NCBI GenBank assembly: GCA_035702665.1
Contig: DASSQD010000069.1
Location: 14,201 to 78,200 of the forward strand
Source of the DNA: Burkholderiales bacterium
Lineage (GTDB): Bacteria; Pseudomonadota; Gammaproteobacteria; Burkholderiales; SG8-39
Reading direction: 5' to 3'
DNA: 64,000 bases
Below are positions 60,754-64,000 of this stretch, one piece after another. The position numbers and the translations under genes were made by a program. Under the pieces are notes generated by a model that saw only the letters and a program-made list of their open reading frames with translations, searched no databases and had not been told where the DNA came from. The first letter of the stretch is position 1, and each line of letters starts with the position of its first letter.

Positions 60754-60840
60754 GCCCGGGTGGTGAAACTGGTAGACACAAGGGACTTAAAATCCCTAGG
60801 CCGCAAGGCCATGCAGGTTCGACCCCTGCCCCGGGCACCA
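60754..60840 (+). tRNA. tRNA-Leu (TAA)
   Basis: Acceptor GCCCGGG/CCCGGGC, anticodon loop CTTAAAA, long variable arm, CCA end. 87 nt. Confidence 0.92.
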
Positions 60841-60901
60841 GCGCAAGGCCTGGATCGTTTGTGCTAGATTTGCCGTGCCGTTCGCCACGAAGAGGTGCTC
60901 G

Positions 60902-61192
60902 ATGATCAACCGCCGCAGTTTTTCCTTCGAACCGGTGCTCATGCGTACGACCGCGAACGAGATCGAGAGGCTGAGTCCGTACGCGATCGACCTGGCGCGG
61001 CGCTGGGTGAAGGAATGGCCGGAGAAGGCGCGCCAGCTCGAGGCTTCGGGGAAGCTGATCAACGCGCTGAAGGTGCACGCCGAGGACGAATCGCTGCGGC
61101 AATGGCGCACGCAAATCCGCAGCCTCAAGCTGGGCGAACTCGGCAGCGGTGCACGCGCTCGAGTGGACTGCCCGAGCCCGCCCGCGCCGTAG
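60902..61192 (+). CDS. hypothetical protein
   Basis: ORF with a GAGG ~8 nt before ATG 60902 (track start GTG 60875 also possible). No motif recognised. Confidence 0.35.
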   Translation: MINRRSFSFEPVLMRTTANEIERLSPYAIDLARRWVKEWPEKARQLEASGKLINALKVHAEDESLRQWRTQIRSLKLGELGSGARARVDCPSPPAP

Positions 61193-61207
61193 TCGCGGAC
61201 GTTCCAA

Positions 61208-61777
61208 GTGATCGAGAATCCGGTCGACTTCATCCTGAACGTCGCCGCGGGAGCGGTTGCGCTCTTCTGCCTCTTCGACGGGGTGCGGCGGCTGGGCGCC
61301 CACGGCATCCATCGGAGAGCCGTGCTGCTCGTGCTGGTGTCGGGTGTCGCGTGCGCGCTCTACGGGTTCTTTGCGTACCAGCGGTACGCCGATCTGAAAG
61401 GGATCGTCGCCGAGAGTCAGGCGAAAGTCGGCGCTCCCGCCAAGGCCGCATGGACCCGGGTCGCTTCGCCGGAGAAGCGGGAGATGCTCAGCCAGGGGCT
61501 CGCGCGCCGGAATTTCAGGGCGTCGGGAACGCTGGGGCCTTACGTCGATCGCAACGGCGAGACCAGGACGTTCGCTCCGACGCAGGAGGATCTGCTCGCG
61601 CGCGACCGCGTCGTCGCCAGCAACTTGCGCGCCGAATTCGCCGCGCGCTCGAGCCTCGCCGAGGCGCTGTTGTGGCTGATCGCCGGCATCGTCGCCGTGG
61701 TTCTCGGCCTCGCGATGTCGCTCGACAATCCGCCGGCGGCGCAGAGCGCTGCGGGCGAGACCCGGGAAAGCGCTTGA
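61208..61777 (+). CDS. hypothetical membrane protein (3 predicted TM)
   Basis: Hydrophobic helices FILNVAAGAVALFCLF, AVLLVLVSGVACALYGFF and LLWLIAGIVAVVLGLAM. No motif recognised. Confidence 0.4.
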   Translation: MIENPVDFILNVAAGAVALFCLFDGVRRLGAHGIHRRAVLLVLVSGVACALYGFFAYQRYADLKGIVAESQAKVGAPAKAAWTRVASPEKREMLSQGLARRNFRASGTLGPYVDRNGETRTFAPTQEDLLARDRVVASNLRAEFAARSSLAEALLWLIAGIVAVVLGLAMSLDNPPAAQSAAGETRESA

Positions 61778-61840
61778 AACGGCAGCCGCTCGCGCAGATA
61801 GTGCCTTGACGCCATACGGGCGTTCGAGGACACTGCGAGC

Positions 61841-62266
61841 GTGATCGTTTTCGAGCTCGTCTGCAGGCATCGCCACCGCTTCGAGGGCTGGTTCGCCTCG
61901 GCGGAAGACTTCGACGGTCAGAAGCGCCGCGGGCTGCTGTCGTGCCCGGTGTGCTCCGACTCCGAGATCGAGAAGCTGCTGACCGCGAAGATCGGCCGTC
62001 CCGAGAGCGAGGCGCCGGCGGCCGTGCAGCCGCCCGCGGCGAAGCCTGCGCCGGCGCGAAACGTGCAGGAGATGATCGACGCGATCCTGCTCAACACCGA
62101 GAACGTCGGCAAGGATTTTCCCTCCGAGGCGCGGCGCATCCACCGCAAGGAAGCGCGCGAGCGCAGCATCCGCGGAGTCGCGACCGGAGAGGAGACGCGC
62201 GATCTCCTCGAGGAGGGCATCGCCGTGATGCCGCTTCCCATCCCGCCCCGCGAAGACTGGCACTGA
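61841..62266 (+). CDS. DUF1178-family zinc-ribbon protein
   Basis: MIVFELVCRHRHRFEGWF..SCPVCSD is a CxxH/CPxC ribbon at the N-terminus. Confidence 0.6.
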   Translation: MIVFELVCRHRHRFEGWFASAEDFDGQKRRGLLSCPVCSDSEIEKLLTAKIGRPESEAPAAVQPPAAKPAPARNVQEMIDAILLNTENVGKDFPSEARRIHRKEARERSIRGVATGEETRDLLEEGIAVMPLPIPPREDWH

Positions 62267-64000
62267 TCAGACCGGCTGCCTCTGCTTGCGCAGCTCCGGC
62301 ATGCAGCGCCGGATCCACTGCGAAGTGATCTTCTCCTGCAGCGAGTTCTGCTTGAGGCGCTCCGACAGCGCGCCGAAATCGACGCTGTCCAGGTCCTGGT
62401 CCTGGTTGAAGCACGAGAATACGTAGGTCTTCTTGCCCGTTCGCGGATCGCGGTGCGGCTGCAGGCACTGCGCGCAGATTTCCTTCAGCATGCACTGCAT
62501 CGGCGAGTTGATCGATCCGATGGCGAAGTGCTCCGGCTTGAGATGGTCCTTCAGCGCGTCGTGCCGCGCGCGCGCGACGGCCGCCATCATCCGGTCCGAT
62601 CCGATCGCGATCAGCCGGCCGGCATCCTGCATGCGGATCGGCTGCGGCCCGAGGCTCCCGCGGGCGTAGGCGTCCATGGCCTGCACGATGTTCCCCACGA
62701 AGGTGCGATCCTGCGGGCGGGCCGGCTCGAACCCGGGCTCCTCGTCGCAGCACCACACGACGGCGTCCGCGGCGGCCTCGATTTCCGCGACCTTGTAGCG
62801 GTCCGCGACCTTCTTGTAGCCGGCGAAGTAGAGCACCGTCGACCCCCGCTCGCGAAACGCGGCGCCGATCGAGAAGAGCACGGCGTTGCCCAGTCCTCCT
62901 CCGGCGAGGATCACCGTTTCGCCGGAGGCGATGTGCGTGGGGCTGCCCGTCGGGCCCATGAGGATCACCGGCTCGCCGGCTTTCAGCATCGCGCACAGGT
63001 CGGAGGAGCCGCCCATCTCGAGCACAATGGTCGAGACGAGGCCGCGCTCGCGGTCGACCCAGGCGCCCGTCATCGCGAGGCCCTCCATCTGCAGCCGGGT
63101 CGACTGCCCGGCGGCGCCGACGACCGGAGAGAGCGTCTCGAAGTTCTGCAGGCGGTAGAACTGCCCCGGACGGAAGTTGCGTGCGGCGAGCGGCGCCCTG
63201 ACGACGACCTCGACGATCGTCGGCGTGAGCCGCTCGACCCTGTGGACGGCGGCGAGCAGCTGAGCGCCGAGCGAGTCGAAGAATTCCCCGGGCGCCTGAG
63301 ACGACTGCGGTGGCCTTCTCGCCAGCGCTCGCGAAATGACCGGGTAGCCCTGGCGCGCCGAGCCCAGCGCTTTCACGACGTTGCCGAAGTAGGAGGGATG
63401 CAGGTCGCCGAAGAAGCTCACGAAGCGGCCGTCGGCGAGGCGCGACAGGAGCACGTCGGCGCGCTCGGGCTTGGAGATCGCGCGCTGCGGCTTGATCGGT
63501 CGGCCTTCCTCGTCGCAGGCCTGGAAGTACTTCCCGTCGAGCGAGAAGCCCGCGTGCTCGCGGGAGAGCACGGTGTTCGGCTGGGTTCCCGCGGCGACGA
63601 ACACGGTGTGCGCGGGGAGCCAGTGCTCCGCCGACTCGAGGCCGCTCGGGCGCGTGAAGCGGATGCCGCGCACCGCGCCGTAGTTGTCGACATCGACGGC
63701 GACCGGCGTGAGATTCTCCGAGAAGCCGATGCCTTCCTCGAGCGCCTTCTCGACCTCCTCGTGGTTGAGGGTATACGACGGGCTGTCGATGAGGCGCCGG
63801 CGGTAGGCGATGGTGACGCCGCCCCAGTGCCGCAGCAGCTCGATGACGCGCGCCGGCCGGCCTTCGCGCTCGGCCGCCGAGCGCTCGCTCCTCACCGCGC
63901 GGGCGTGCGCGAGAAACTCCTCGGCGATCTCGCGCTCCTGATCGTCCCACTTCGCGCGCACCGCGTCCTCGCCGCTCTCGGCGGCGAGCGCCTCGAAGCG
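62267..64000 (-). CDS. FAD/NAD(P)-dependent oxidoreductase: glutamate-synthase-small-subunit-like domain fused to PyrK/FNR-like domain; 5' end beyond window
   Basis: Frame stays open past GTG 63961 to the window end. The C-terminal half has an FNR-like RPGQFYRL..ILAGGGLGNA pattern and a Cys cluster CMLKEICAQC. Confidence 0.6.
   Translation of the reverse strand, partial: RFEALAAESGEDAVRAKWDDQEREIAEEFLAHARAVRSERSAAEREGRPARVIELLRHWGGVTIAYRRRLIDSPSYTLNHEEVEKALEEGIGFSENLTPVAVDVDNYGAVRGIRFTRPSGLESAEHWLPAHTVFVAAGTQPNTVLSREHAGFSLDGKYFQACDEEGRPIKPQRAISKPERADVLLSRLADGRFVSFFGDLHPSYFGNVVKALGSARQGYPVISRALARRPPQSSQAPGEFFDSLGAQLLAAVHRVERLTPTIVEVVVRAPLAARNFRPGQFYRLQNFETLSPVVGAAGQSTRLQMEGLAMTGAWVDRERGLVSTIVLEMGGSSDLCAMLKAGEPVILMGPTGSPTHIASGETVILAGGGLGNAVLFSIGAAFRERGSTVLYFAGYKKVADRYKVAEIEAAADAVVWCCDEEPGFEPARPQDRTFVGNIVQAMDAYARGSLGPQPIRMQDAGRLIAIGSDRMMAAVARARHDALKDHLKPEHFAIGSINSPMQCMLKEICAQCLQPHRDPRTGKKTYVFSCFNQDQDLDSVDFGALSERLKQNSLQEKITSQWIRRCMPELRKQRQPV

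Noticed and set aside
62091-63950. 619-aa alternative-frame minus ORF overlapping the FAD oxidoreductase gene
   Set aside because: Arg/Ala/Gly/Pro-rich shadow frame. The 62267-64000 frame carries FNR/PyrK-like and Cys-cluster motifs and stays open to the window edge.

Overview
GC-rich proteobacterial chromosome segment (41/60 G+C in a hand-counted core line), almost fully coding. Most of it is housekeeping operons in E. coli/Betaproteobacteria-like synteny: pyrG-kdsA-eno-ftsB; bioF-bioD-bioA-uvrB; rne divergent from rluC; maf divergent from yceD-rpmF-plsX-fabH-fabD-fabG-acpP-fabF; rpoE-rseA-rseB-degP; lepA-lepB-rnc-era-recO-pdxJ-acpS-nagZ; efp; uvrC-pgsA-tRNA(Gly,Cys,Leu). Many genes are joined by ATGA/GTGA start-stop overlaps. 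Two Bug/TctC-type binding proteins suggest a betaproteobacterial-type host, which is inference only. Two accessory regions stand out. (1) 8.0-16.2 kb holds a complete Rpf/DSF-type quorum-sensing locus: an HD-GYP regulator (rpfG), a hybrid kinase (rpfC) and a convergent RpfF-like crotonase. Unusually, it carries its own acyl carrier protein and a Cys-His-His ketosynthase between kinase and synthase. It lacks an rpfB ligase, is flanked by a sensor diguanylate cyclase, and ends 5 nt from tRNA-Asn. This is my best candidate for an undescribed variant system. (2) 53.1-55.5 kb is a low-GC integron-type cassette array. It has four ~90-bp attC-like sites ending in GTTRRRY, each followed 5-8 nt later by a start codon, and no integrase in the window (CALIN-like). 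The cassettes encode small exported or membrane proteins. Smaller observations include an EF-P with Arg at the loop tip that is translationally coupled to an SDR. I saw no rRNA, CRISPR, transposase or phage genes. All homology statements come from reading the translated ORFs and from memory of family motifs; no searches were run.
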